A stretch of 64,000 bases of DNA from a virus: positions 35,916 through 99,915 of IMG/VR virus record IMGVR_UViG_3300017527_000160; one strand, 5' to 3'. Under the pieces are notes generated by a model. The model was not told the DNA's origin. It worked only from the letters and a program-made list of their open reading frames with translations, and made no database searches. Numbering within the stretch: the stretch's first letter is position 1; every line of letters begins with the position of its first letter. A program made the translations under genes and the position numbers. This document shows, piece after piece, positions 36,165 to 46,159 of the stretch.

Positions 36165-38165
36165 TTATAAATCTAATTTAATTTGATTGGCAAAGATTTC
36201 AGGCTGCATCGCCTTGATTTCTTTGTTTATCTTGAATAGATAAAACTTCAGGTCTATGTTGTAATCCTCGAACGGCTTCTCCTCATAAAGGTTGAATATC
36301 GTTTGGACCCATTTGCCTGCTTCTACATTGATGTTTCTACCATCTTCCGTGTTATGTTTGATTATCTTGGTACCTGTGTTAGATACAAAGTAGCGTAATG
36401 TCTTTTGTAGATCTTCGACTTCCACGTCTCGATCGTCGTTGACATACGTATGTTTAAACTTCCACACGCCTCGTGCTTTCGTTTGCCCACAAAAATCAAA
36501 AATATTCTTATTAGTTTTCAAGTACGTCTCAGGATCGATACCGTGGACAAAGAAATAGTATAGTGCTTTGGACACTACGGTAAAGCTCTTGTTCTTGTGC
36601 AGTGCTCTGCCAGTGAACTCAAACCTACCTTTACATTTAGTCTTTGCCATTGTATAGATGCCGTCTTTTTTCTTGAATAAATTGTCAGGAAAGTCTTTCT
36701 GCAATGCATAGAACTTGTCCTTGGTAACCTCCTCATCCTTGAAAATACCTATATAGTTATTGACATCAGGAACCATTAGCTTCTGATACTCATCATGCTC
36801 TAAAGCAAGATTGGTTGTCTTCTCCCATTCGGCACAGATGTCCATATACCTATCGATATATTTGTCCGGTATAATAACTTCAATACCATCAGTGTTCGTC
36901 ATGATCGGTACAGCTCCTGGTATCTTCTCACACACATCAGTGAACAACATCATCAGACTCAATTGTCCGTTGATTGTTATCCTCATCGTGAACTGAGGGT
37001 CATACAGGTAACAGTGCTTATCATTGGACAAACCATAAGTGGAGTTCAGGATAATCTTGTATACATAGTTCCTAGGATCAGACTTAGGTATCTTCTTTCT
37101 TTCGTTGAAGAACCATTCGTACTGGTCGCAGAATTCATCGCTTGGTAAATGTGCTGGTGCCCACCCATTTCTAATAGCTAGATTGGGATAGTAACTCACA
37201 ACATCAGAGCTCATGATTGTCATACCTTCTTCCGGAACATAGATGCCTCGCTTGGCACCGTGCACTCCTCCTAATCCAAAGTCAACCTTCACTCCTCTGT
37301 AGTTAACAGAATATTTGAAGCCTCCCTTGGTGTTGTTCGGATCAATCACTAGTTCCCTGAACTTGACTAGCAGGTCCTGGAACTGAGGGACTCCCTCGAA
37401 ATCAGTATACGGCAGGATCAGATCATTCACTGGAATACTATTCCTGAATGTTCGTAACCGCTTCAACTCATAACCCGAGATACCTGTCTTCCTTTCAAGG
37501 AAATATAAGAACAGCTCCTTAGCTATCCTTGGTTCTGAGGCATTCCATAACGGAATACCATACTGCTTGGTCAAATTGCTCCGAAGAGTAATCTGCTTAG
37601 CAGCTAACTTAGCGATAGCTTTCGTGGAGGAAACATCATTCCTACAGTACGAAGCAATCTGCTTAAGTTCTTCCACCGTGTTTATCTCCGCAGTATGATC
37701 GATCGGCATGTCTTGTACATTATGCCAGTCCATCGAGCATTGTATCCACTTTAGGGATGAACGCTTAGCAGGGTTATCCCAGTGGTTTAACTTGAATACA
37801 TCTATCTGTTTTATGGAGAGTTTCTTTTCCGAATACTTCTGGAATTCTCTCGCGTTGGATCTACCGATAACTGCCTGTGCTTCTTTATATATGAAGCGAC
37901 CAATCGTGTCTCCGTCTTGGCGCAGTAGCCAGTTTCTATTTACTAAAATATGTTGCGTGATCTGAGCATCGAATGCTAATCCGTTGAAGGATATGTGCCA
38001 CTCGTCTAACTCCATGTTCTGATCAAAGAAATCTAATAGCACTGCTATATCATTCCTCAACGGACCCATGGTAAATACTTCTACATTAGTTTCATCTCTA
38101 TGATCCTCAAAGACAGCCAAGAAGCAATTGACATTTGTCTCATAATCCATATCCCAGTTTGGCAT
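36165..38165 (-). CDS. polB: Family B DNA polymerase with 3'-5' exonuclease domain
   Basis: Exonuclease motifs DYET, FNGLAFD and YCRND; polymerase motifs SSDVVSYYP, KIILNSTYG, NTDG. Confidence 0.92.
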   Translation of the reverse strand: MPNWDMDYETNVNCFLAVFEDHRDETNVEVFTMGPLRNDIAVLLDFFDQNMELDEWHISFNGLAFDAQITQHILVNRNWLLRQDGDTIGRFIYKEAQAVIGRSNAREFQKYSEKKLSIKQIDVFKLNHWDNPAKRSSLKWIQCSMDWHNVQDMPIDHTAEINTVEELKQIASYCRNDVSSTKAIAKLAAKQITLRSNLTKQYGIPLWNASEPRIAKELFLYFLERKTGISGYELKRLRTFRNSIPVNDLILPYTDFEGVPQFQDLLVKFRELVIDPNNTKGGFKYSVNYRGVKVDFGLGGVHGAKRGIYVPEEGMTIMSSDVVSYYPNLAIRNGWAPAHLPSDEFCDQYEWFFNERKKIPKSDPRNYVYKIILNSTYGLSNDKHCYLYDPQFTMRITINGQLSLMMLFTDVCEKIPGAVPIMTNTDGIEVIIPDKYIDRYMDICAEWEKTTNLALEHDEYQKLMVPDVNNYIGIFKDEEVTKDKFYALQKDFPDNLFKKKDGIYTMAKTKCKGRFEFTGRALHKNKSFTVVSKALYYFFVHGIDPETYLKTNKNIFDFCGQTKARGVWKFKHTYVNDDRDVEVEDLQKTLRYFVSNTGTKIIKHNTEDGRNINVEAGKWVQTIFNLYEEKPFEDYNIDLKFYLFKINKEIKAMQPEIFANQIKLDL

Positions 38166-38166
38166 A

Positions 38167-38328
38167 CTAGTCTTTTACTTCAGTTACTTCAAAATGTTCA
38201 CGAGATTGTAACACCATGTGACGTATAGTTTTACCTAGGTCTTGGTCGTTTTTATTCTCACCTACAGCTTCAATAACGGCTCTAACGAACGCGTATATGT
38301 CACGTATTTTTCTTATTCTTTTTCCCAT
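38167..38328 (-). CDS. Hypothetical 53-aa protein (not in ORF track)
   Basis: MGKRIRKIRDIYAFVRAVIEAVGENKNDQDLGKTIRHMV...; fills the gap and stops 1 nt before the polB start. Confidence 0.6.
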   Translation of the reverse strand: MGKRIRKIRDIYAFVRAVIEAVGENKNDQDLGKTIRHMVLQSREHFEVTEVKD

Positions 38329-38346
38329 ATATTTACTTTTTAAGCT

Positions 38347-38380
38347 AAAAAAAGGGAGACAGTATGGCGACTATCTCCCT
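38347..38380 (-). terminator. Rho-independent terminator
   Basis: AGGGAGA...TCTCCCT stem with a minus-strand U7 tail. Confidence 0.7.
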
Positions 38381-38408
38381 CATCATTCAAGATGGAACTT
38401 GTCTGATG

Positions 38409-38870
38409 TTATTTTATTGCTTTCCCTTTATCATCAAGGATGGTACCTGCTTTAGATATCGCATCACCTGTGTGAATGGTAGGTTCTTTATCCATATCTC
38501 TAAGGAATACTCCGTAATCAAACTCATCAGCGTTAACTGCAAATTGTTTTATGAATGCTTCCTGCTCATCTTTCTTAACGATGTAATGTTCAGTAAGGAT
38601 GTTCATTGTGATACGTTGTTCCTGGTAACCTTTACCATTAGTTTTAGGCTTCTTTGCTTTCTGGAGTTCTCCATCTTCGCTTAACCTTGGTACTGTTTGG
38701 AACTGATCTTTAGCATCTTTGCTGATAACTACAAGCATTGTTGTAGAACCATCATAGATAACCTCTGAGTAAGGGCAGTCCTTGTTGATTGGCATTAACT
38801 TGAATGTGTCCTTGTCACCCCAGTACGAAGTGATCAATAACATATTTTGACCGTAAGTTGTTTTTGACAT
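38409..38870 (-). CDS. Hypothetical protein
   Basis: 153-aa ORF in the replication module. Confidence 0.75.
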   Translation of the reverse strand: MSKTTYGQNMLLITSYWGDKDTFKLMPINKDCPYSEVIYDGSTTMLVVISKDAKDQFQTVPRLSEDGELQKAKKPKTNGKGYQEQRITMNILTEHYIVKKDEQEAFIKQFAVNADEFDYGVFLRDMDKEPTIHTGDAISKAGTILDDKGKAIK

Positions 38871-38885
38871 CTGAATTTTGTTGGT

Positions 38886-39452
38886 TTATAAATGATTAAC
38901 AGTTGCGAAGGTAACAACTTTTTTCTTGATTTCTAAATTCTCCTGCTTTAAATCTGGAAGAGAACATGTCTCAACAACCTCCCTCATCAGCTTAAGCGAT
39001 ACCTTCAGGTCATCCGCGTAAGCTTGATGGAATTTCTCAGGATACAGGTAACTCGATATAGAGTTATGATGTCGATGATGATTCCTAAAGAACGTAGAGA
39101 TCCTAGCTTTGTACTCTGGTTCTAACCTTGAATACTTGCCGTTCACTATACGCTTGTAGTTCTTCATCTCACTGGTGAAGTCAAATACATATGCACCATC
39201 TCCGTCTTCTAACTCGTAGAATGTATCAAAGAATCTATTCCCTAACAGATGTTTGTCTTCAAAAGTTTTGAAGTCTTGGTCATCTCTTAGGTGGTAGACA
39301 GCAATGAATCGATAGTCTTGCACTGTGTACACACCTTCCCATGTCATATGTGTACTCACTGGTGTAACACTGGATCCTCTCCTAACCCCTAATAAAGGGT
39401 AGAAGAAGATCCTGCTTTTCTGGATATAATCTTTTGGAACTTCTATTTTCAT
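38886..39452 (-). CDS. Hypothetical protein
   Basis: 188-aa ORF tightly packed with its neighbours. Confidence 0.75.
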   Translation of the reverse strand: MKIEVPKDYIQKSRIFFYPLLGVRRGSSVTPVSTHMTWEGVYTVQDYRFIAVYHLRDDQDFKTFEDKHLLGNRFFDTFYELEDGDGAYVFDFTSEMKNYKRIVNGKYSRLEPEYKARISTFFRNHHRHHNSISSYLYPEKFHQAYADDLKVSLKLMREVVETCSLPDLKQENLEIKKKVVTFATVNHL

Positions 39453-39454
39453 AC

Positions 39455-40498
39455 TTACAGCTTAACGTTTCCTAACGCAAAGTTGTAAGGTAGTTTAAAT
39501 TCCTTTTCATTATAGTGATAGGTCGCTTCTTTTATTGCAATTTGCAAGCGTGCTTCCCACTGTTCCATCGTCGCTGTAGTTACTTCAAAGGCATACAACT
39601 GATCATACTTATCAAATACAATGAATCTGAACTCGATGGTCCATTCATCTGTCAATACACTCTTCAGGTATTCTTTCACTAGTTGTTTGTATACAGCTGC
39701 CTGCATCCAATAGTTCCAGAAATCCACTGACTCATCAAACTTAGTCAAGGTCTTACTTGTAGTCTTGAAGTCATTGATACGCACTGTCTTCTTAGCTACA
39801 TCTACAACCATGTTATCTATGTATCCTTTGAAACCGAACAACTCACCTGCTTCTGCGGGAACTTCAACATAGAGCTCATTGTATACTCCGAACTTGATGC
39901 CGTCTGATACTATGTCCAATCCTAACAGCTTTCTCATCTGCGGGTCTTCTGTAACAACATCTCCTCTACGTGTGCACTTATCTAATAGGGCAGAATCAAT
40001 AATGGTTCTCCCCTGCTTGTTCTTCAAGAACTTATAGTACTCTTCAGTTCTGGGCTCCACGATCTTGTTCACTCTCTTCTCATCACCGGTACCGTCCTTC
40101 GTATCTTTCAACGACTGGTGTTTGTTGATGTCTTTCAGACACTCTAAGATCTGCGGCTCGAAGTCACACAGTTCTAACGTCTCATCTGGATCATCCATTG
40201 CTTTCCAAGCCGCGAAGCAGTGGTTAGCAACAATCATATTTGTTTCACTTGGTAAGTTATCGCTTGACACGATAAACTTATCATCGAAACCTTGATTCTC
40301 CAATACTAAGTAATGGATTATCGTTCCCTCTAACAGGTGTTTTGCATATTGTATTTCACGCTTCTTCAAGACATATTCTGCATAGAATATACTTGGAGAG
40401 GTGATCAACTTGTTTAAGCTAGAATAACTAAAGTTAAACGGCTTCTCGTAAAATTCTGCTTCCAGCAGATTGGGATCTAATTCTTTCGTATTAATCAT
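39455..40498 (-). CDS. PD-(D/E)XK exonuclease (RecB/exonuclease VIII-like)
   Basis: FSYSSL, GTIIH, KGYIDNM...INDFKTT, YWMQAAVY motifs. Confidence 0.85.
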   Translation of the reverse strand: MINTKELDPNLLEAEFYEKPFNFSYSSLNKLITSPSIFYAEYVLKKREIQYAKHLLEGTIIHYLVLENQGFDDKFIVSSDNLPSETNMIVANHCFAAWKAMDDPDETLELCDFEPQILECLKDINKHQSLKDTKDGTGDEKRVNKIVEPRTEEYYKFLKNKQGRTIIDSALLDKCTRRGDVVTEDPQMRKLLGLDIVSDGIKFGVYNELYVEVPAEAGELFGFKGYIDNMVVDVAKKTVRINDFKTTSKTLTKFDESVDFWNYWMQAAVYKQLVKEYLKSVLTDEWTIEFRFIVFDKYDQLYAFEVTTATMEQWEARLQIAIKEATYHYNEKEFKLPYNFALGNVKL

Positions 40499-41565
40499 TA
40501 GTTATCTAATAAGGTTAAACAATCATCTTTCAATACAGGACCTGACTGCCAACAGAAATTGTTGGTGTTGCTATAATCTATATTGTCTCCTGCGAACAAC
40601 ATAGATACTCTAAGAGCATTTGCTTTAGTGAACTTCTTGTGTTCTCTCAACACACGAGTCATGTCATTGATTGTTATCGAGCTCAGCTTGTTACGGCTGA
40701 TCTTCAAATAACTCAACAGACTTTTAAAGTTTACATGCTCTGCTTCTTTGTAACTGGTAATCTCTTTACCAAATTCCTTCAACAGAAACAGTAAGTACAC
40801 GACACTCTTCTCAAAGTCACAGTTACTCATCAGTTCCATCATCAGGATTATGTTTTCTTTCTCTTCAGTTGCACCGAATGAACGGAGCTCCTCATACTTA
40901 GTTGAACCTATAACGAAGTTACCTACGTTCAGGTGACTTAGTATGTCATCCTCAAAGAATATCTCAGCGGTGAGATTCGACAGCCCACTCTTCTTAGTGA
41001 ACCCTAACAGCTGGAATTGATTCTGGCTACACTCCTGCTTAAACTGATGCCTGCTTGGAGTACCCGGTACATCGCAAAACCTTTCAGCAGCTGATGAGAA
41101 ATTCTCATCATAAGTCCTATCAAACCATAATCTTTTTGATGCAAATATCTGCTCGATGTTGCCGTTATCTATCAGGGAGTCTAGTAAACCAGTTAAATGG
41201 CTTTGTTCCCAGTCCCATGCCCAGTTAATCATGTCTTGATTATCTACAGGCATCAGATCCTTATAATAATCGAACGTACTTGCTGAACCTTCCATCGTAT
41301 TCCTACTTAAGAAAGCTGCTGTAGCATATTCTGGTTTGATTGTGCAACTGAAGTGCTCTCTAACTTTGAACCTAGGAACGTTAGCTCCGGGGAAGAAGAA
41401 TAATCTATCTTTACCTCCACCTACAGGTTGCCAGTCTTTCTGTACGTCTAGCGCACTTTCTACATTGTCTCTGGTAAAACCATTGACTACTTTTATTTTC
41501 AACTCGTCTCCGTCGTCATTCGCGTTACGAATCGCATCAACGATTATATACTTCTTTAAGTTCAT
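40498..41565 (-). CDS. Hypothetical protein downstream of the MoxR/vWA pair
   Basis: 355-aa ORF. Confidence 0.75.
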   Translation of the reverse strand: MNLKKYIIVDAIRNANDDGDELKIKVVNGFTRDNVESALDVQKDWQPVGGGKDRLFFFPGANVPRFKVREHFSCTIKPEYATAAFLSRNTMEGSASTFDYYKDLMPVDNQDMINWAWDWEQSHLTGLLDSLIDNGNIEQIFASKRLWFDRTYDENFSSAAERFCDVPGTPSRHQFKQECSQNQFQLLGFTKKSGLSNLTAEIFFEDDILSHLNVGNFVIGSTKYEELRSFGATEEKENIILMMELMSNCDFEKSVVYLLFLLKEFGKEITSYKEAEHVNFKSLLSYLKISRNKLSSITINDMTRVLREHKKFTKANALRVSMLFAGDNIDYSNTNNFCWQSGPVLKDDCLTLLDN

Positions 41566-41573
41566 AGTGTTTG

Positions 41574-41606
41574 AAAATGAGAGGGACAGCCGAAGCCATC
41601 CCTCAT
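41574..41606 (-). terminator. Stem-loop with cUUCGg tetraloop (terminator or stabiliser)
   Basis: Minus strand GAGGGATGGC-TTCG-GCTGTCCCTC followed by tcattttc. Confidence 0.65.
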
Positions 41607-41610
41607 GTTA

Positions 41611-42954
41611 TTACTTGGTTGCAAATTCTTGAACGCTTTGATCGTACAATAACTTTGCAAATTTTTGTTTGTTCCCATTCAGAATCTTCTTAACGATATG
41701 ATACTTCAAATCATTAGAGAAGATGTCCGGATCTTTCACTAAGAAAATCAATCGGTCGATGATCTCTGGGCCCACAGGATTAGTGCTAGCATACAACAAT
41801 GTGAAGTTAATTAACCTCGTTGTTAGTATACTTGCAATGTCCGCTCTGTACTCAGTGACTCCTTTCCCGTCAGTAATTGCATCTAACAATGCAGTACCGA
41901 CCTTAGAGTCATCTTTGTCCAATAGGATTTGCTTAGGTGTGATTAACTTATCCAGTCTGTTATTGATGAACGTTGTGAATAGTGTTGCCACATCTCCTCC
42001 AACGGATCCTTCACCAATCATCTGCACCATAGGAAGCTCATCTTCAAAAGCATTGAAGGAACTAATACAGTTGAAGAATGTTGTGATAGATCTTGGATTA
42101 ACCCCTTTCTCTGCATCAATAACTTCTGGGTGCATCAACACAAAGTTAATACATCTACCATCCACACCTTGGTTCTCTGCCCATTCAGCCCATCTCTCAT
42201 GGTTGAACTTCATCACCACTGAAACGAATCTCGTTCTTTGTGCTGAATCAATTGACTGTACCATGTACTCTCCATCATCTGGATTTGCTGTTAAGATGAT
42301 ATGCCAATCCTTCGGTAACTTCCAAGAGATGTACTCCTGTCTGTCACAGATCTCCATCACAGCCTGAATAAATCTAAGGTCAGCTCTGTTCCAATCATCT
42401 AACATAAGGATACCTCCGCCAACTTTGTCAGCGATCCACTCCGGTGGACAGTAACTCATACGCTTATCACCCATGAATTCGTACCCTTGTTTTAGGTACT
42501 GGTCTACTGCATTTTCGTCCACCCATACGCAGTCAGTCTTCCCTAGGGGAGATGTAGCTGCCTCGGGTTCACGAGTAGGTTGAACCATAACCTTCTTCAT
42601 AACGAATTTACCTGGAGCAATCTCCACCTTTTGCATCACTGCTTTTGGTGCTGCTGTAGGTATCACTGCTACCTTATCAGGTGCACCGTCTGTTTTACAT
42701 AACTTGAATTGCCTTACTGGAAATCCTACTAGATCTCCTAGCTCTTCAATCTGAGCAAGGTTTATCTTCACAACATCTAAGTTGTTTTTTGCCGCTATGT
42801 CTAGCACTACTGTTGTCTTACCCAATCCTGAGTCTCCAATAACTTCTGTAGCTACTGGTTTCATTCCTTTGTTCTGAATGAATCTATTGTTTGAAATGAT
42901 GTGAGTTAGGAAGTCTCCCATCTCTTGTGAATCTAACTTTACTTGGTTGCTCAT
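41611..42954 (-). CDS. MoxR-like AAA+ ATPase
   Basis: Walker A GDSGLGKT, Walker B ILMLDDWNRA, sensor ILTANP, arginine finger AQRTRF, NPRS; adjacent to a vWA gene. Confidence 0.88.
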   Translation of the reverse strand: MSNQVKLDSQEMGDFLTHIISNNRFIQNKGMKPVATEVIGDSGLGKTTVVLDIAAKNNLDVVKINLAQIEELGDLVGFPVRQFKLCKTDGAPDKVAVIPTAAPKAVMQKVEIAPGKFVMKKVMVQPTREPEAATSPLGKTDCVWVDENAVDQYLKQGYEFMGDKRMSYCPPEWIADKVGGGILMLDDWNRADLRFIQAVMEICDRQEYISWKLPKDWHIILTANPDDGEYMVQSIDSAQRTRFVSVVMKFNHERWAEWAENQGVDGRCINFVLMHPEVIDAEKGVNPRSITTFFNCISSFNAFEDELPMVQMIGEGSVGGDVATLFTTFINNRLDKLITPKQILLDKDDSKVGTALLDAITDGKGVTEYRADIASILTTRLINFTLLYASTNPVGPEIIDRLIFLVKDPDIFSNDLKYHIVKKILNGNKQKFAKLLYDQSVQEFATK

Positions 42955-42956
42955 TT

Positions 42957-44162
42957 TTATTGTGGTAATTGAATGGTTTGTCCTGGAAACTTCGTGTCTC
43001 CAAAATTAGGTGTACCCTGTGAAGAGATAACCCATAATATGCTGCCTTTAGCTCCTGTTGGAGCCCAACACTCACCATCGGTGAAGTATATCAGGCACGA
43101 GTACTTTTTCTGATGCTCGTTGTAATAATCTATAACTGGCTGGAACTCTGTCCCGCCTCTCCCATGAATGGTGAAGTCCTTCTTAGGGTCGAACTTAGAT
43201 ATGTTTGAGATAGCTGTGTCACATTGAATAACAGTCACATCTGCGCCTGTCTTCTTTAAGTGATACATTTCGTTTAAACACTCCTTCAACTCATTAGTAC
43301 TTACAGATCCTGAAGTATCAATAGCAAATAGAATATGATTCTTTCGCTTGATCCTGAGACCTGGATACTCCGGAGTTCTCTTGTTGTACTTACGTCTTGT
43401 CTTCTTGGTGAATGTCTTAACAGACCTACCACTAAATCTTCTAACGTAACCTTTCCAATCGAACTTGGGTGGATCCACATGACGAAGTCTTGCTAACAGC
43501 TCTTCAAACTCACCTGGTACACTTCCTTTAGATTTCTCTACCTGATCTGCCACCTGAGTTATGATATGCTTGGTCTGTGTCTGGAGTAACTTCTTGGTCG
43601 ACTCATCCAAGTCTTCAAGAGAATCCCAATCATGACTAGGTAGTTCTATGGTTTGCCCATTAGGCAACTCGCATGTAGACTGACCTTCACCATATGCTTT
43701 CGCGATGGCATCCATGATTTGTTCCTGTTCTTCTTTACCCTCCATGAGCTTGTCATAGTAGTATCGGGTACCCATTTTTTCTTCCAAGTTAAGTTCAGGA
43801 AACTTATCCAGGAAGCACCCTTCTTCGGGTAACCAGTCTCTGTCGATGTACTGGTTGATTTCTAAATCCATTGCGATGTTCAGTGTCTCCTTATCTTTCA
43901 AATGACTATAATCAGTTAAGTGGAAGAATGCAATGTGTAATAATTCATGTTTCAATATGCCTTTCTTTTTGTCTAAAGGAAGATCCTCCCAGAATTCGGG
44001 ATTGATAACTAACTCGTAGTTAATTCCTTTTAAGCATACACCTGCAGTAGGTACTAGCTTAGTCGACCATTGTTTGTTCAAGGACATAAGAAGCAACCCA
44101 TAGAAGGGCTCCTTCAACATGAGGTCTTTTGATGCTTTCGCTAAACTCTCTATGTTATTCAT
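42957..44162 (-). CDS. vWA-domain protein with N-terminal HExxH metallopeptidase-like domain (DUF2201 type)
   Basis: LKHELLH, NIAMDLEINQ; MIDAS motifs AIDTSGS, GRGGT, YFTDG. Confidence 0.9.
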   Translation of the reverse strand: MNNIESLAKASKDLMLKEPFYGLLLMSLNKQWSTKLVPTAGVCLKGINYELVINPEFWEDLPLDKKKGILKHELLHIAFFHLTDYSHLKDKETLNIAMDLEINQYIDRDWLPEEGCFLDKFPELNLEEKMGTRYYYDKLMEGKEEQEQIMDAIAKAYGEGQSTCELPNGQTIELPSHDWDSLEDLDESTKKLLQTQTKHIITQVADQVEKSKGSVPGEFEELLARLRHVDPPKFDWKGYVRRFSGRSVKTFTKKTRRKYNKRTPEYPGLRIKRKNHILFAIDTSGSVSTNELKECLNEMYHLKKTGADVTVIQCDTAISNISKFDPKKDFTIHGRGGTEFQPVIDYYNEHQKKYSCLIYFTDGECWAPTGAKGSILWVISSQGTPNFGDTKFPGQTIQLPQ

Positions 44163-44547
44163 TGTCTTTTGGATTTACTGTTATCGATATCTCTTTGATG
44201 TCGGGGTGTGTTGATGATAGTACCATCAGATGTTTAGCAAACTCGTCTAAAGTAAACTGTATATACTGAAGGGGAGCTTTCATCTCTATTATCGCATTGT
44301 ATAAACTCTGCGTCGTTACACCCACCTTAGCGTGTAACTTGGTATTCTTCTTTAGCAATTCTAATGCTCTTGGGGCTTCTCTCTCCCACGCTTCTTCTTG
44401 TGAGAACCCGTGCTTATAGCAGATCATCATTGGTAAGATGTCTTCTATTGTCCATAAATTTATGATATGTAGTCCGACCACATGGTCTTCTACATCCACT
44501 GATTGTAGCATAGCTACTATATTCATAACTGTTTTAAAGTCCTGCAT
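44155..44547 (-). CDS. Hypothetical protein
   Basis: 130-aa ORF coupled to the vWA gene. Confidence 0.7.
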   Translation of the reverse strand: MQDFKTVMNIVAMLQSVDVEDHVVGLHIINLWTIEDILPMMICYKHGFSQEEAWEREAPRALELLKKNTKLHAKVGVTTQSLYNAIIEMKAPLQYIQFTLDEFAKHLMVLSSTHPDIKEISITVNPKDNE

Positions 44548-45079
44548 ACATTGCTGCTAATTGTTTAAAGGCTGCTGTCTGTGCAGACGCGTGTGCTATC
44601 GCTATAGCATCAGCCATATGTTCATTCTTGTTCTTAAGTGAACCGTCTTTATTCTTGTCCCATTGTACGGTAGGATAGAGACCATTAGCCCACTCAATCA
44701 TTTCCCTCTTGGAAGCTGTGAGCTTTCCTACCGAATGTTTCTTCACCTCGTTTGGTGTAACTTCAATAGGTGGTGGAGACAGAGCTGCTATTAACATACA
44801 CGTCGCACCATAACTCTTCATTCCTGAAGAACTCTGAGAACCTGATGGTGTTTCTGCAAACACGACAGCTGGCTTCTCATCTCTTATAATTGCTGCTACA
44901 AACGAATGTGTTTGCCTGCACCTTGCGATGGCATCTGATGATGCTCGCACTTGTTTATTGGTTGTCTTTTTTGTCTCGGTTAACATGATCTTCTCGACCA
45001 TAATCTTACCGGTAGGACCTACAGTCCCGACAGCTACACCTGTATTGGCTAAGCTGCTATCGATTGATACAAATTTCAT
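44534..45079 (-). CDS. ruvC: RuvC-like Holliday junction resolvase
   Basis: FVSIDSSLANTGVAV, VFAETP, VTPNEVK, ASKREM, EHMADAIAI. Confidence 0.8.
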   Translation of the reverse strand: MKFVSIDSSLANTGVAVGTVGPTGKIMVEKIMLTETKKTTNKQVRASSDAIARCRQTHSFVAAIIRDEKPAVVFAETPSGSQSSSGMKSYGATCMLIAALSPPPIEVTPNEVKKHSVGKLTASKREMIEWANGLYPTVQWDKNKDGSLKNKNEHMADAIAIAHASAQTAAFKQLAAMYAGL

Positions 45080-45119
45080 ATAATAAATTTAAGATATTAG
45101 TACGTACTCTTAGTACGTT

Positions 45120-46115
45120 CTACTTCTGCAATGTCCTCTTCAGTACAGGTTGTAGATGTTCTCTGGTAGTTTCAATACCATGAACTCTGATACACTCTGC
45201 GAGATCTTTCTCTAACTTGAGATGTGCTCCACGTATACCAAACTTCTTGTTGTATTTAATCATGGATTGAATACCGGCTTGGTCGTTATCAAAAAGTGTA
45301 ACTACTTTCTTATAACGTTTTGTTAAGGTGTCTACTACTCCTTCTGAGAGCATGACGTTTTCACTGTCGGGTGCAATACCCTCAGCATTTTTAAATCCCA
45401 TCTTGTAGAATGCCATCAGATCTTTAAGGGAACTACATATAACTAGATAAGGTACAGCATATGTTAGCTGGTCCATACCTTGTATGTAATCCTTCACCTT
45501 GAAGAACTTTCTGTCAGTCATCATGGGTTGATAGATCTTATATATGGAACCATCCGTACGGAAGTATCCATAGATCTTAGTGTTTCTGATTGTTATGATA
45601 TCGTTAGGTCCTCGTTCTAATGTAAAGCTATCTAACGGTTGTACGTTAAAATGACTTAACAGCTTAGACCCTATCTTATAATCCATCCAGTACTTGGCAT
45701 CCGACTCTGTCCAATTTCTTGGATTAGTTGTAGCAAGCGTATACTTGGATTGTATAACCATTTGTTTTGCATGGTGTACACCACCTGACGATAAGAATTC
45801 ATTGTAGTCATTGATAATTTTCAACGCTGCGTCAAATCTCTTCGGTAGAGAGTGTAACTCTTTGACGAGTTCTATCCCGTCTCCCTGTTTCCCTGTAGAA
45901 AAATCTTTAAACTTATACTTGTTTGCAGTACGTGAGTGGTAAATAAACATCGATGGATCTTTATCTTTAAGATTGAACACCGACTTTATATTAACATCTT
46001 GCCCAGATAATTTTTCAGGAAGGGTGATATAAGTTTCAAAGATCCATTCAGTAGGAACTTCATGAAACTCACTGATAACGTTTTTAGTTCTTAGCATAGA
46101 GAGGTTTTTAAACAA
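45120..46115 (-). CDS. DNA primase (TOPRIM domain); likely start ATG 46097
   Basis: FKDFSTGKQGD N-terminal domain, CSSLKD, TLFDNDQAG, KDLAE. Confidence 0.8.
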   Translation of the reverse strand: MFKNLSMLRTKNVISEFHEVPTEWIFETYITLPEKLSGQDVNIKSVFNLKDKDPSMFIYHSRTANKYKFKDFSTGKQGDGIELVKELHSLPKRFDAALKIINDYNEFLSSGGVHHAKQMVIQSKYTLATTNPRNWTESDAKYWMDYKIGSKLLSHFNVQPLDSFTLERGPNDIITIRNTKIYGYFRTDGSIYKIYQPMMTDRKFFKVKDYIQGMDQLTYAVPYLVICSSLKDLMAFYKMGFKNAEGIAPDSENVMLSEGVVDTLTKRYKKVVTLFDNDQAGIQSMIKYNKKFGIRGAHLKLEKDLAECIRVHGIETTREHLQPVLKRTLQK

Positions 46116-46140
46116 AGAAGGGGACCCATTGAGTCCCCTT
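46111..46140 (-). terminator. Rho-independent terminator
   Basis: Minus strand AAGGGGACTC-AAT-GGGTCCCCTT followed by ctttgttt. Confidence 0.75.
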
Positions 46141-46159
46141 TATTGTTATAGTTTATAGT

